From NCBI GenBank assembly GCA_048938025.1, contig JBHLMP010000008.1, positions 24,525-88,524 of the forward strand: a DNA stretch of 64,000 bases, given 5' to 3'. The translations under genes and the position numbers were made by a program. A model generated the notes under the pieces. The model made no database searches, was not told where the DNA came from, and saw only the letters and a program-made list of their open reading frames with translations. How positions within the stretch are numbered: position 1 is the stretch's first letter; each line of letters opens with the position of its first letter. Of this stretch, positions 1 through 11,072 are shown piece after piece. The stretch comes from Promethearchaeota archaeon. GTDB taxonomy: Archaea > Asgardarchaeota > Lokiarchaeia > Sigyniarchaeales > SOKP01.

Positions 1-2350
1 CTAAACCCTTCAATATTTTAACAGAGGTTTCAATTTCTTTTGGCTTGAAATGAGTTAAAGGAATATCAGTAGCATCATATCTTATTTCAGCCGTTTTATA
101 GACTAAAACGTCATTTTTAGCTCTTAAAATCCCTTTTTCAATAGGTTCAGGAACTTTTAATTTATTTGTGAGGCCAAATATTCCTTTCAGTTTTTTAGGC
201 ATTGGTAAATTTAGGGTTTTTAATGTTGAATTCAGATGGTTTTTTATATTAAATAATGCTTCTTTAGAATTTTTTAATGGAAGCCCACATAAAGAACAAA
301 TTTCATCATAAATTGGATATAACTTTTTACATTTTTCGCAGATTTTTTTAAATTGTGTAGGAGTTCCACATTTGGGGCATGAATTAAAAATGGTTATTAT
401 TCCACATTTAGGACATTGCTTTCTGCAAACATCAATTTTCACTTTTTCAAATTCAATTGCTTTTTGCACCGATCTCGTATTTCCTACTTTATCACTTAAT
501 GGAAATAAAACATGAATTCCTTTCATACTTTTTCTTTCAGATTTTTCAGGTCGCCCCATTCGTGTACCTATAAAAAATGGTGCTTTGTTCCTAATCTCAA
601 TAGAAGAAATTTTATGAAAAAGAGTAAATACATTATCTTCTTTTTCAATTTTAATTGGATCTTTTTTGTTTAAATTGAATATTACTCTATAAATATATTC
701 CATAGCATTACTAAATATTATTTTATTATCTCGTACTTTATGAATTACAAATGCTTTCTCTAAGATTTCTTTAATCTCTTTATTAAGATTTAAAATAAGT
801 TTATTTTCTGAGGTTTTAATAGATTTTATAAAAACATCCCGCAAAGTTACTAAGTCTTCCACTGAAATGTTTCCCCAATAATCTGTATAAGTAGGATGTA
901 AAGGTACTTTATATTTTCGAGATATTTTAATTGCTTCTTCAGCAGTAGGTATATTCTGAAAAGGATTTTCTATAAACTTCGTTATTTTGGGATTCAGAAT
1001 ATTTTGTATTTTTGCAGCTCTTTCTAATTCTAAAGCCCAATATTCCTCAACATAACCAGAAGGAACTAATTTATGGTTGTTTTCTGCAAATTCACCAAAT
1101 CCAAAAAGAATATCTCCCAAAAATAAAATTCTTTCAATTTCAGGAAATAATTCTTTAGCAATTCCTACATTTGGAACTTTGATAACATCTCCGTTTTTCA
1201 GTTTTATGACGGGTGGTTCAATGCTGCTTACAGGACATATACTAGCACTTTTTCCTGGTCTTTCTATTCTAAGTTGAGTCCCAATTGCTATGAAATCATC
1301 CAATATTGTCATTGTTGCTGGATGAACTCCAGCTGCTGCTAATCCCGTATTACGTGAGCGTCCATATCTAATTCTATGACCTCCAACCATAGAGGGATAA
1401 CTGAATACAGGTCTCCCTCCTATGATATCAGAAACATATTTGGAATTTGGAGTGATTTTTTCTTTTTCATTATCGTTCGTTTTTTCTATAATTTCTTCCT
1501 TTTGGGCAACTTTTTTCAAATCAGCTAACCAATCCCATCCATCTAAGCGCATATTTTTTGCAATTTTATGTAATTTGGGTGCTTTAAGTAGTATTCCATC
1601 ATTCAAAACTAAACAAGCACCCCCTCTAATATGATTTGTTTCAATTCTAGGGAGATCTCTAAAAGCTGAAACTTCTTCGTCCTCAGTAGAATCACCATTA
1701 ATTTCAATAGATAAGTGTTTCACAGCATAACGTATTTCACGGTTAGATGAAGGATACTGTAAATGGACTCTTCTATCATAAAGCTTAACTTCTTCTACAT
1801 ACCTACCAATTTCTGCTTCAGTAGCAACGTATTTAGGAATGTTAGATCTTTTTCTAACATAATCAGCAATTAATACACATAAAGCTGCAGTCGTTCCTCC
1901 CGCAGCTCTAATTGGACCAGCAAAATACAAAGATAAATATTTATTACCATGTTGATCTTGTCGAATTAAAATTTTTGATATCCCTTCAAGTGGGGCACTG
2001 ACGACGCCCATTGTTTTTATAGCTAATCCAACTCTTATTGCTCTTTCTACCCTTTCCTCTAAGGATTCTATCTTTCCAATTTTTTTATCTAAAATATCTG
2101 AAACTACTCTAAAAACTATTTCATCTTCTGTTAATACCTGCTTCTTTAATTCTCTTATAACTTGAGCTACACCATCAGGACCGACTAATTTTTCTACTCT
2201 TCCTGCCAAATCTTTAGCTTGGGGAGACTCAACAAATAGTTCAGGATCCAGTCCTTTTTGACGTGCTTTTTCGGCAACACTATAACATTGATTAACTTTC
2301 TTTTGTATAGCCTTAAAATATTCTTCCATTTTCTTACTCATTTCTATCAT
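1..2350 (-). CDS. polC: DNA polymerase D large subunit DP2 (runs off the window edge; absent from ORF track)
   Basis: Manual translation from ATG at 2350: MIEMSKKMEEYFKAIQKKVNQCYSVAEKARQKGLDP...DLAGRVEKL, YFAGPIRAAGGT, RYGRSRNTG, GTRMGRPEK and CxxC zinc motifs, all typical of DP2. Confidence 0.95.
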   Translation of the reverse strand, partial: MIEMSKKMEEYFKAIQKKVNQCYSVAEKARQKGLDPELFVESPQAKDLAGRVEKLVGPDGVAQVIRELKKQVLTEDEIVFRVVSDILDKKIGKIESLEERVERAIRVGLAIKTMGVVSAPLEGISKILIRQDQHGNKYLSLYFAGPIRAAGGTTAALCVLIADYVRKRSNIPKYVATEAEIGRYVEEVKLYDRRVHLQYPSSNREIRYAVKHLSIEINGDSTEDEEVSAFRDLPRIETNHIRGGACLVLNDGILLKAPKLHKIAKNMRLDGWDWLADLKKVAQKEEIIEKTNDNEKEKITPNSKYVSDIIGGRPVFSYPSMVGGHRIRYGRSRNTGLAAAGVHPATMTILDDFIAIGTQLRIERPGKSASICPVSSIEPPVIKLKNGDVIKVPNVGIAKELFPEIERILFLGDILFGFGEFAENNHKLVPSGYVEEYWALELERAAKIQNILNPKITKFIENPFQNIPTAEEAIKISRKYKVPLHPTYTDYWGNISVEDLVTLRDVFIKSIKTSENKLILNLNKEIKEILEKAFVIHKVRDNKIIFSNAMEYIYRVIFNLNKKDPIKIEKEDNVFTLFHKISSIEIRNKAPFFIGTRMGRPEKSERKSMKGIHVLFPLSDKVGNTRSVQKAIEFEKVKIDVCRKQCPKCGIITIFNSCPKCGTPTQFKKICEKCKKLYPIYDEICSLCGLPLKNSKEALFNIKNHLNSTLKTLNLPMPKKLKGIFGLTNKLKVPEPIEKGILRAKNDVLVYKTAEIRYDATDIPLTHFKPKEIETSVKILKGL

Positions 2351-2593
2351 AAAACATCAGAATCCAATACAATTTTTCAAAAGAAACTTAAAGAGAAACT
2401 GTATTATAATACATATTTTTAAGAATTAAATTAAATTGATTTATTAATCTACTATTTCATTAATAAATTAATAGAGAATGTTAATTTATCACAGTCTTTT
2501 TATATTAAAAGCAAAAATGTTTTTACTTTAATAATAAATAATTTAATTTTATCCTTCTATAATTATAATAATTTAATCTTAAACTGTATAATA

Positions 2594-4381
2594 TTGAAAC
2601 TAGATAATTTAGATAACAAAAAAATCATTTTAAGAAAATTGATTAATTCAGGGATAAATGTGAGTCCCCCTATATTGGATTTCTTCCTAAATCTAGATGA
2701 TCCAATAAAAAGTGTTGATCAGATTATTAAAGATACAAGTTTTATTCCCAATTTTAATAGTCATTTAACCAAAAATATTTTAAAAAAAATTTCAAATACA
2801 GAAATTCAAAATGTTTTAAAAAGAACACTACTAACGGCAGAAATTTTACCAATTAAAGAAAATGTATCTTTACAAAAATCTAATGGTATAAAATCTTCAA
2901 GTGAATTTAATGAATATCAAACTAGTGAAAAGTTAGTAGAAATTAAAGAAATTACTGATAGTCTTCAGGGAATTAATAATAATCAAGAAGAGCTTAAAAT
3001 TGAACCTGTATCTCACGATTACTCTAAAGAAATCCCCAAATTTATTGGAAAGAAAAGAAAAAAAACATTCGAAAGCACAAAATCATCATTAAGAATTTAC
3101 CCAATTGCGAAAGAATATGATTCTAACTATGAAATTTTGAAAGATCCAACCGGAAAATTATATACAAACGGAGAGTATAAAGATTTTTATGATCTTACAG
3201 TAGATAAATTTAATCAACTACGAGCTTTAATGAAAAAAAGACCAGATGTTTCATCAGCACATAATATTAATAATATCTTAAGATTATCTAATAAAGTTGA
3301 AGTCTCAGTTATAGGAATAGTAAATGAAATCCGCAAAACTAAAAATGGAAACTTTTTTTTAGTTTTAGAAGATCTTACTGGTCAAATTAATGTTCTAATC
3401 AAAAATGATTCTGAAAATCGAGATAATATAAAAATTGCTGAAAGAATTCTAAATGATCAACTAATTTATGTTGAAGGGACTTATACCCCTAGAGAAAAAG
3501 GTAAAAGTGGGATAATTTATGGTGTTTATATTACACAAATAGATATACCAACTGATTTCGAGCCAAATAAATCACCTGTTCCATTGTCAATTGCTTTAAT
3601 TTCAGATACTCATATTGGAAGCAGAGAATTTGAAGAATTATTATTAAAAAGATTCATAGATTTTTTGAATGGTAAAATTGGGAATAAAAATTTAAGAGAA
3701 ATTGCAGGAAAAATAAAATATATAATTATCAATGGAGATTTAGTTGATGGGATTGGAGTTTATCCATCACAACGAGATGATCTTATAATACCTGATATTT
3801 ATAATCAATTTAAAAAAGCTTCAGAATTATTTTCAGAAATTCCAGAATATATAGAAATATTTTATAGTCCAGGAAATCATGAACCTGTAAGAAATGCAAT
3901 TCCTAGACCTTCAGTGCCTAAAAAATATGTGGAAGATTTAACTAATATTGGATTTAAAACAATAGGAAATCCTTCTGTTATTCAAACTCATAATGTTAAT
4001 ACCTTAATATATCACGGAGATAGTATACTTGATCTAAATATATTGATACCAGAACTTGAAAACAATAAACCTATTGAAACCATGAAAGAATTACTTAGAT
4101 GTAGGCATTTAGCTCCGATTTATGGAAAAAAGACGCAAATTGCACCAATTAATAAAGATTGGCTAATAATTGATAAAATTCCTGAAATATTTCATACTGG
4201 TCATGTACATATCAATGGAATTGGTAAATACAGGAACGTTACTTTAGTTAACTCTGGTTGTTTTCAAACTCAAACTAATTTTATGAAAAGTTTTGGAATT
4301 AATCCTACTCCTGGAATAGTTCCTATTATTGAACTTGACACTTTTAAAAGTATTGAACTAAACTTAAAAAATAATCTTTAA
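2594..4381 (+). CDS. polB: DNA polymerase D small subunit DP1 (OB fold + calcineurin-like 3'-5' exonuclease)
   Basis: SDTHIGS, GDLVDGIGVYP, PGNHE, YHG, HTGHVH, NSGCFQ motifs; divergent from DP2. Confidence 0.95.
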   Translation: MKLDNLDNKKIILRKLINSGINVSPPILDFFLNLDDPIKSVDQIIKDTSFIPNFNSHLTKNILKKISNTEIQNVLKRTLLTAEILPIKENVSLQKSNGIKSSSEFNEYQTSEKLVEIKEITDSLQGINNNQEELKIEPVSHDYSKEIPKFIGKKRKKTFESTKSSLRIYPIAKEYDSNYEILKDPTGKLYTNGEYKDFYDLTVDKFNQLRALMKKRPDVSSAHNINNILRLSNKVEVSVIGIVNEIRKTKNGNFFLVLEDLTGQINVLIKNDSENRDNIKIAERILNDQLIYVEGTYTPREKGKSGIIYGVYITQIDIPTDFEPNKSPVPLSIALISDTHIGSREFEELLLKRFIDFLNGKIGNKNLREIAGKIKYIIINGDLVDGIGVYPSQRDDLIIPDIYNQFKKASELFSEIPEYIEIFYSPGNHEPVRNAIPRPSVPKKYVEDLTNIGFKTIGNPSVIQTHNVNTLIYHGDSILDLNILIPELENNKPIETMKELLRCRHLAPIYGKKTQIAPINKDWLIIDKIPEIFHTGHVHINGIGKYRNVTLVNSGCFQTQTNFMKSFGINPTPGIVPIIELDTFKSIELNLKNNL

Positions 4382-4414
4382 CTATTATGATATCATAAAA
4401 GAAATTGAATTCTA

Positions 4415-5101
4415 ATGAAATTTACAATTCCTCGCAATAATAGTTCAGAATTATTACTTTATATTTGGAAAATAATAGATCTTCCTTTTATATCGCAGAA
4501 TGATCTTCTATATAAATTATCATTTGAATTATTCCTTTTTTCGCCAGAGGAGGGTATAACTTTCATCAATGGATGTATTAAAAATAAATCATTGATAAAG
4601 GATGTAAATAATAATCTTAAATTATCAAATATTTTAAAGCAAAACCTTAAAAATTGGCAAAATAAAAGAAAACAAGAAATATTAGAAAAATTACATTCAA
4701 TTAAGAAAATAACCACAATAGAAAAGCAACCTGATAATGATGCTGCAACTAATTTTAATGTCCTAATAAGAACTTTCTTTGATAAGGGAACGTTAAATCG
4801 AGCAGCATCAATATCCAATAATGCGTATGATTTAATTGAGTTTAATCTATCCAAAGGAATAATTAAAGCTAATGTGTTAGGCTCAAAAGAAGAATCTTAC
4901 ATAATCGAGATAGATATTAATAACAAAACTATACGTCACAATTGTCACGATTTTGAAACTAGAAGAGCAGAGAACAAAAAATTCTGTAAACATATAGCTA
5001 AATTATTTCTCCTTTTAAAAGAAAAAAATTCGAATACTACTGAGATTTTCCTTAATAATATTGCAACCAATATTGATAAATGGGAATTTTCTACTGCTTA
5101 A
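4415..5101 (+). CDS. SWIM zinc-finger protein
   Basis: V-x-GS...Y.I.ID...HNCHDF...FCKHIAKL, a SWIM-like HxC...CxH pattern. Confidence 0.65.
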   Translation: MKFTIPRNNSSELLLYIWKIIDLPFISQNDLLYKLSFELFLFSPEEGITFINGCIKNKSLIKDVNNNLKLSNILKQNLKNWQNKRKQEILEKLHSIKKITTIEKQPDNDAATNFNVLIRTFFDKGTLNRAASISNNAYDLIEFNLSKGIIKANVLGSKEESYIIEIDINNKTIRHNCHDFETRRAENKKFCKHIAKLFLLLKEKNSNTTEIFLNNIATNIDKWEFSTA

Positions 5102-6405
5102 ATCAACTTTTTAAAAATATTATCCTTTAGTTTAACTTTATCTGATTGCAATAAAATAGGTTTATAATTTAAAATAACTTTAATTTTTTCAATTTCAGAA
5201 AGTACGCTTTCTAATAATTTTATTTCAATATCTAGTTTAATTATTTTAGTTCTTCCATAATGACCCATTGACTTAACTTCAGCAGAGATTATTCCAGCTA
5301 AAGTTAATTCATTTATATAATCACTTATTCTTCTTTTTGTCAATTGCCTAATATTAGGAATTAATCTCTTTATTTCTGAATGAATTTCATAAATATCACC
5401 AGATATAATAATATGCTCAGGACTAAATTTTGAAATTAAATATATTGTTGTTAAGATTATTTGCGCTTGTAATGGAATTCCTCTTATATATTCAATAATA
5501 TAATCATTTTCTAAATCAGCCTGAGCTTTTTCAACATACTTTGAAGAAATTATTTTATTTTGGCTTCTCTCAGCCAATTCTCCTGCTTTTCTTAACAACT
5601 GAAGAGCTTTTCTAGCATCTCCATGTTCTTTTGCTGCAAAAGCTGCACATAAAGGTATAACATCTTCCTTTAACACACCTTCATGAAAAGCTATTTTTGT
5701 CCTATTATTTAGAATGTCTCTTAATTCACTTGCATTATAAGAAGGAAAAACTATATGCTCTTCGCCTAAACTTGATAATATTCTTGGATCTAGGTTTTCT
5801 TTAAACTTTAATTTATTAGAAATTCCAATAAGACTTGTTTTACATTTATCTAAGTTTTCATTTAATCTAGTAAGATCATATAAAATCTCATTTCCACCTT
5901 TTTTGTTTACTAAAATGTCTATTTCGTCTAATACTAAGAAGCAGATTGAATTCCCTACTTTTGAGTCTAGTAAACCTAATAGTTTTTTGAAAATAATATC
6001 TTTTGGAAGTCCAGTAGGTGGAATTTTCTCATCTCGTGAAATTGTGTTATAAATATGAGCTAAAATACGATAAGGAGTAGATACAATATTACAATTAATA
6101 TAAATCCACCAAGGCTTTAACTCTGAGCATTGTTGTGCCAATTTTTGGCTCACATATCTTATAGTTGCAGTTTTACCAGTTCCTGTCATACCATAGCATA
6201 AAAAACTTGGAGGAGTATCTCCTAATAAAGCACATGCCGTTTTTTCAGCAATATCTTTTATTTGAATATCTCGGTGTGGTAGTTCCTCTGGAATATATGA
6301 TGATTCCAATGCGTCGCGATTATTAAAAATTCTGGGTCCTTTAAGATAATTCTTGTAAAATTTATCAATATTAAATTGATGATCATTGCTATGATTTTTC
6401 AACAA
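5098..6405 (-). CDS. cdc6: Cdc6/Orc1 replication initiator
   Basis: ELPHR, Walker A GMTGTGKT, Walker B LVLDEID, HGDARKAL, C-terminal winged helix with GRT wing. Confidence 0.96.
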   Translation of the reverse strand: MLKNHSNDHQFNIDKFYKNYLKGPRIFNNRDALESSYIPEELPHRDIQIKDIAEKTACALLGDTPPSFLCYGMTGTGKTATIRYVSQKLAQQCSELKPWWIYINCNIVSTPYRILAHIYNTISRDEKIPPTGLPKDIIFKKLLGLLDSKVGNSICFLVLDEIDILVNKKGGNEILYDLTRLNENLDKCKTSLIGISNKLKFKENLDPRILSSLGEEHIVFPSYNASELRDILNNRTKIAFHEGVLKEDVIPLCAAFAAKEHGDARKALQLLRKAGELAERSQNKIISSKYVEKAQADLENDYIIEYIRGIPLQAQIILTTIYLISKFSPEHIIISGDIYEIHSEIKRLIPNIRQLTKRRISDYINELTLAGIISAEVKSMGHYGRTKIIKLDIEIKLLESVLSEIEKIKVILNYKPILLQSDKVKLKDNIFKKLI

Positions 6406-6739
6406 TTATTAGCACCATTGATTCACAATTTTTATCAAAAATTTTTCCATTCGAAATTTCTTAACATAAGATCTATTTCTATTGCATTTATAAAGTTAAT
6501 TATTAATCTTAAAATTAAAAGAAAAATGTTAACGATTTAATAGCTGATTTTGATAAATCTTTTCAATAATTTATAATATTATTGTCGGATTTTTAAAGGA
6601 TAATTATTTATTGAGCAATATTTATTAAGATCTTATTAACCATCTAATCATTTAAAAAATATTTAATTCAATTAAATATTTGATTAAATACATAAATTTT
6701 TCAATGAAATAATCTCCTTTATTAAGGTTTTATAATAAA
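6406..6739. other. AT-rich intergenic region upstream of cdc6; possible oriC / Cdc6 autoregulatory site
   Basis: Very AT-rich; mini-ORB-like TTCCATTCGAAAT at 6445-6457; next to cdc6 and near polD genes. Confidence 0.35.
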
Positions 6740-7510
6740 TTGTCTGTTAATGATACGTTAAATGAAGTGGAGAAAAATAATAAAAAAATAGCAATTATTT
6801 TAGCAATTTTATTTGCCTGCTTAATTTTAGCAGATTATGTTGTAATTTCAGTTTTGTTTAAATGGGCAGATTGGATTGCACTTTTAATATTTAGCTTATT
6901 ACTAATTGTACCTGCTTATATATCTAACGCATCAATGGTAATTACTGGTGGGGGTAAACCCATTGATGGTGGACGAAATTTCAGCGATGGAAGGAGAATA
7001 TTTGGAGATCATAAAACTTGGAATGGTTTAAAAGGACCTTTATATATTGGCATTCCAATTTCTTTTTTCCTTTTTCTACTTTTTACAATTATATGGGCCC
7101 CTATAAAAGAAGTTATTGTTGATGCTACTGCTCAAGGACAATATCTTCTTTATGATGATGTAAAAATATTTGAATACTATTTTAAAGGAGGACAAATTCC
7201 TATAAATTTCTTAGTGTTAATAATCCGAATCTTATTAGCTTCCTATGGAGCAGTTTTAGGTGATTTAATTGGTTCTTTTTTAAAAAGAAGATTTGATATT
7301 AAGAGTGGAGCTCCTTTTTGGATTGTTGATCAGTTAGATTTTGCTTTAATGGCATTATTTTTTGTCTCTATTCCAGGATTCATTTCACCAAGCTTATTTT
7401 TAATACCAGATATTCATATTATCATTTTTTTACTCATAATAACTCCAGCAGTTAGTATCATAGCAAATACAGTTGCATATGTAATTGGTTTGAAGGATGT
7501 TCCATGGTAA
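6740..7510 (+). CDS. carS: CDP-archaeol synthase
   Basis: PAYISN, PIDGGR..DGRRIFGDHKTW, GDLIGSFLKRR, DQLDF, K.VPW C-terminus. Confidence 0.93.
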   Translation: MSVNDTLNEVEKNNKKIAIILAILFACLILADYVVISVLFKWADWIALLIFSLLLIVPAYISNASMVITGGGKPIDGGRNFSDGRRIFGDHKTWNGLKGPLYIGIPISFFLFLLFTIIWAPIKEVIVDATAQGQYLLYDDVKIFEYYFKGGQIPINFLVLIIRILLASYGAVLGDLIGSFLKRRFDIKSGAPFWIVDQLDFALMALFFVSIPGFISPSLFLIPDIHIIIFLLIITPAVSIIANTVAYVIGLKDVPW

Positions 7511-7518
7511 AAATAAGA

Positions 7519-8019
7519 CTATAAACCAACAACTTTACATTCAATTTTGATAGGTGTACCATTATTTTCAAAAAGTACGAAATTTTCTAATAATCTATTT
7601 ACAGCTTTAATATATTCTCCATTACACCCAATAGCAATTGCTCTTTCTTCATAAGAAAGAACTCCAACTACAATATGCCTTTTACCAGTGAATATATTCA
7701 TTTCTATTGTAATAGTATGTATGTATAGATCTGGGAAAAATCCGATTAATAATTTTATTAGAGTATTTTCTGCTCTAATTATTATTAGTTTTTTATCTTG
7801 GAACTGCCTTCTTATATATTTTAAATTCTTATTTGCTTTAAAGTAATATTCATTTCTAACAAAAAAGAATACAAATCTCCCTATTATGATAACATTCTGG
7901 GGATAAACTTTAGTTCTTTCATGAAAATACTTAAAAAGTAGAAGTTCTTTGTTAGAAAATCTTTTACGGAAATGAATAATTTGATAATAAATTAAATCAT
8001 CGAGAATTGTGTAAAGCAT
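7519..8019 (-). CDS. Archaeal NusA-like KH-domain protein (divergent)
   Basis: C-terminal KH motif AIAIGCNGEYIKAVNRL; size typical of archaeal NusA. Confidence 0.65.
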   Translation of the reverse strand: MLYTILDDLIYYQIIHFRKRFSNKELLLFKYFHERTKVYPQNVIIIGRFVFFFVRNEYYFKANKNLKYIRRQFQDKKLIIIRAENTLIKLLIGFFPDLYIHTITIEMNIFTGKRHIVVGVLSYEERAIAIGCNGEYIKAVNRLLENFVLFENNGTPIKIECKVVGL

Positions 8020-8134
8020 ATTAAGATTTCTCTGAATAGTTTTAAAAACTTCTAGAAAAATCTTTCTAAAAATTAAGAAGATAATTAAATAAAAAGGTTT
8101 ATTGATTGATATTCATAAATATTATTTATAAAAG

Positions 8135-8572
8135 ATGAAACAAATAGGTTTTAAGTTTCTAGATCATACCGCAGATGTGAGTGTCGAGAGTTGGGGTTCT
8201 AATTTAGAGGAGGCTTTTTCTCAAACAGCTCTAAGTTTAATGACTACTATTACTCCAGATTTAGACAAAATTTCACCAAAATTAGAAAAAAAAATTCAAA
8301 TCGAAGCAGAAGATAAAGAAGCCTTGCTTTTTGATTTCCTTTCTGAATTTCTTTATTTATTTGATGTATATGATTTAGTATTTGGTGATATAATAGTACA
8401 AACAATTAAAAAAAGCCAAAACAGATATAAATTACAAGCATTTCTAAAAGGAGAGAAATTCGATAAGAAAAAACATAAAATTGGAACAGAGGTAAAAGCA
8501 ATAACATATTCTTTTATGAATATTGAAGAAAAAAAGAATATAGTTAAAATAAATATTGTTTTTGATATTTAA
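8135..8572 (+). CDS. Archease (RtcB activator)
   Basis: FLDHTAD, EVKAITY, VFDI C-terminus; adjacent to rtcB. Confidence 0.95.
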   Translation: MKQIGFKFLDHTADVSVESWGSNLEEAFSQTALSLMTTITPDLDKISPKLEKKIQIEAEDKEALLFDFLSEFLYLFDVYDLVFGDIIVQTIKKSQNRYKLQAFLKGEKFDKKKHKIGTEVKAITYSFMNIEEKKNIVKINIVFDI

Positions 8573-8587
8573 TTCAAATTAAAGATT

Positions 8588-10072
8588 TTATCCCTTCACT
8601 ACTCCTATAGGAACTAGTCTTACAATCTTCTCAATAATATCTAGATTATGACTAACTTGCACAACTTGATCAATATCCTTATATGCTCCAGGTGCTTCTT
8701 CTGCTAATATCTTCATTGAAGCACTCTTTACTAAAATTCCTTTTTTTGCTAAGTCCTCTTTTATTTTTGTACCCCAATATTTTTTAATAGCTTTTGATCT
8801 TGACATCATTCTTCCAGAACCATGAGCAGTAGAACCAAAGGAGAGCTCCATAGCCTTTGGTTTACCAACACATAAATATGAAGCAGAACCCATCGTTCCC
8901 GGAATTAAAGCAGGTTGACCTATCGATTTATAATCATTAGGTAAATCTGGGTGTTCTGGGGGAAATGCTCTTGTTGCTCCTTTTCGATGCACATTTAATT
9001 TCATTCTTTTACCATTAATCTCATGCTCTTCTATCTTTAAAATATTATGACACACTCCATAAATTAAATGTAAATCTAATGCATCAATATCTTTTTTAAA
9101 TGTATTTTGAAACGATTCTCTTATCCAATGAGTAATTAATTGACGATTAGTAAAGCCAAAATTAGCCGCACATGCCATGCTTGATAGGTAATGTTGTGCT
9201 TCAGGAGTATTCGCTGGAACACAAGCCAATTCTCTATCTGGAACCTTAACATTATATTTATGCATTGCCTGTTCAATGTTCCGCAAAGAATCTGTACAAA
9301 CTTGATGTCCTAAAGCTCTACTTCCCGTATGTATCATAACAGTGATCTGATTTTTCTTAATAATTCCTAGCTCTTTAGCGATCTTTTCGTTATAGATTTC
9401 ATCAACTTTTTGAATCTCAAGAAAATGATTTCCACTTCCTAATGATCCCAGCTGTTTAATTGCTCGTTGTTTAGCTTTTTGGGATATTAATTTGGCATCA
9501 GCACCCATTAAACAACCCTTTTCTTCACAATGTTTAAGGTCCTCTTCATTTGCATAGCCCTTATCTAGAGCCCAATTCATTCCATCATTTAAAACATTAT
9601 CTAAATCTGAATAATTAATATTTAATTTACCCTTGGATCCTAATCCTGAAGGAATATTTTTAAATATTGTATTTAATAAATCTGGAAGTATATTTCTAAT
9701 ATCATTAAGCATTAAATTAGTTCTTAATAATCTTACACCACAATTTATATCATAACCTACCCCACCAGGAGAAATCATACCATCTTCAGCATCTGTACCA
9801 GCGACTCCTCCAATACAAAATCCATATCCTTGATGAGCATCTGAAAGAGCAATAGCATGCTTTTGTATCCCGGGTAAACATGCAACATTAGCAATTTGAT
9901 CTAAAGTTCGATCTAATTTTATTTTTTCTAAAATATAATCATTAGCGTAAATATGAACCGGCACTCTCATCTGAAATTTTTCAATATTCCCTTGAATTCG
10001 TGCCATTAAAGTTTTAGGAGCGATTTCATAAATATTTTCTTCAATTTTGTTAACATTCATCTTAAATTTCAT
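8588..10072 (-). CDS. rtcB: RtcB tRNA-splicing/RNA ligase
   Basis: DAHQGYGFCIGGV, GVGYDINCGVR, GSGNHFLE, HRKGAT, STAHGSGR, EEAPGAYK. Confidence 0.97.
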   Translation of the reverse strand: MKFKMNVNKIEENIYEIAPKTLMARIQGNIEKFQMRVPVHIYANDYILEKIKLDRTLDQIANVACLPGIQKHAIALSDAHQGYGFCIGGVAGTDAEDGMISPGGVGYDINCGVRLLRTNLMLNDIRNILPDLLNTIFKNIPSGLGSKGKLNINYSDLDNVLNDGMNWALDKGYANEEDLKHCEEKGCLMGADAKLISQKAKQRAIKQLGSLGSGNHFLEIQKVDEIYNEKIAKELGIIKKNQITVMIHTGSRALGHQVCTDSLRNIEQAMHKYNVKVPDRELACVPANTPEAQHYLSSMACAANFGFTNRQLITHWIRESFQNTFKKDIDALDLHLIYGVCHNILKIEEHEINGKRMKLNVHRKGATRAFPPEHPDLPNDYKSIGQPALIPGTMGSASYLCVGKPKAMELSFGSTAHGSGRMMSRSKAIKKYWGTKIKEDLAKKGILVKSASMKILAEEAPGAYKDIDQVVQVSHNLDIIEKIVRLVPIGVVKG

Positions 10073-10199
10073 AAGAAATTAATTTTCAAAAACTTTTTGA
10101 TTTAGTTCTATAAAATTTAAAGATTTTTAGATTTCAAGTTCAAGAAATAAATTTAATTAATAGATGATAAAAATTTTTCTTAAAAAATAGATTAATATT

Positions 10200-10925
10200 T
10201 TATTTTATTTCTATAAAAGAAAGCAATCCCAAATCATCTAAACTGTCTATGATCCTCTGTATCTCCGATTCTGGCCTACCTGATTCCTCTGCAATTTCGG
10301 ATAATGTATGAAAACCATCAGCTAAGTGAGCTGTTTTGTATTCTTTCTTATCTAAGAATCCCTGAGTAACTATTTGTTTAGGTAACCTGTTCGATGTCCA
10401 CTCTGGCTTCTTATCAGTAACCTCTCGTAAATTTTCTTCAGAAATCACTAATCCTTTCTTAGCTATTTGTTTCTGCGATTTGCGAAAATCCTTCTCAAAT
10501 ATCTTTAATATTGGAATCTTTAGTTTTATCTCAGCAACTTTTCCACGCTGTAAAATCTCATCTATCTCTGGCTCAAATCCACGAAAGATACGGACATCCC
10601 CAGACCAATTGTCAAGCTCACCACCATAATTAGCAGCAAATCTATTAATGATATATGTTAATGCTTTATGCGCAATTTTAGCATCGTCATTCTTATCCGC
10701 TGCTACCGTACATAGCACTCCTTCCTGAAAAACAAGCAGCAAATAGAACACTTGCATATCTATTATTTTTAATTCCCCCGATCCCTTAGAAAACTCAACA
10801 GAAAAATCTTTTAGAGCAGTTAAAAAGCCACTTACCAAATCCTGATTAAATTCTATTGTCCCATACTTCCTATGGATTAAACAAATTCCCGATATTTGAT
10901 CTATAAGGTATAAATTGTGAATCAA
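10200..10925 (-). CDS. Longin-like domain + C-terminal winged-helix protein
   Basis: N-terminal LYLID.SGICL...LVSGFLTALKDF longin-like pattern; C-terminal DGFHTLSEIAEE...LDDLGLL wHTH. Confidence 0.65.
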   Translation of the reverse strand: MIHNLYLIDQISGICLIHRKYGTIEFNQDLVSGFLTALKDFSVEFSKGSGELKIIDMQVFYLLLVFQEGVLCTVAADKNDDAKIAHKALTYIINRFAANYGGELDNWSGDVRIFRGFEPEIDEILQRGKVAEIKLKIPILKIFEKDFRKSQKQIAKKGLVISEENLREVTDKKPEWTSNRLPKQIVTQGFLDKKEYKTAHLADGFHTLSEIAEESGRPESEIQRIIDSLDDLGLLSFIEIK

Positions 10926-11072
10926 ACGGTTATTTCACCTCTTATTTTCAGTTTTTCACTTGATTAATTTCTTCTAATATTCTTAATTGTATATTAAATA
11001 AAACTTTTCTAATATAAATTTCTTCATAATTTAAAAAACTACAACCAATCAGTTATTTTTGATCCATCTCCA

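Noticed and set aside
1077-1634. Two short + strand ORFs
   Set aside because: Antisense shadows of DP2
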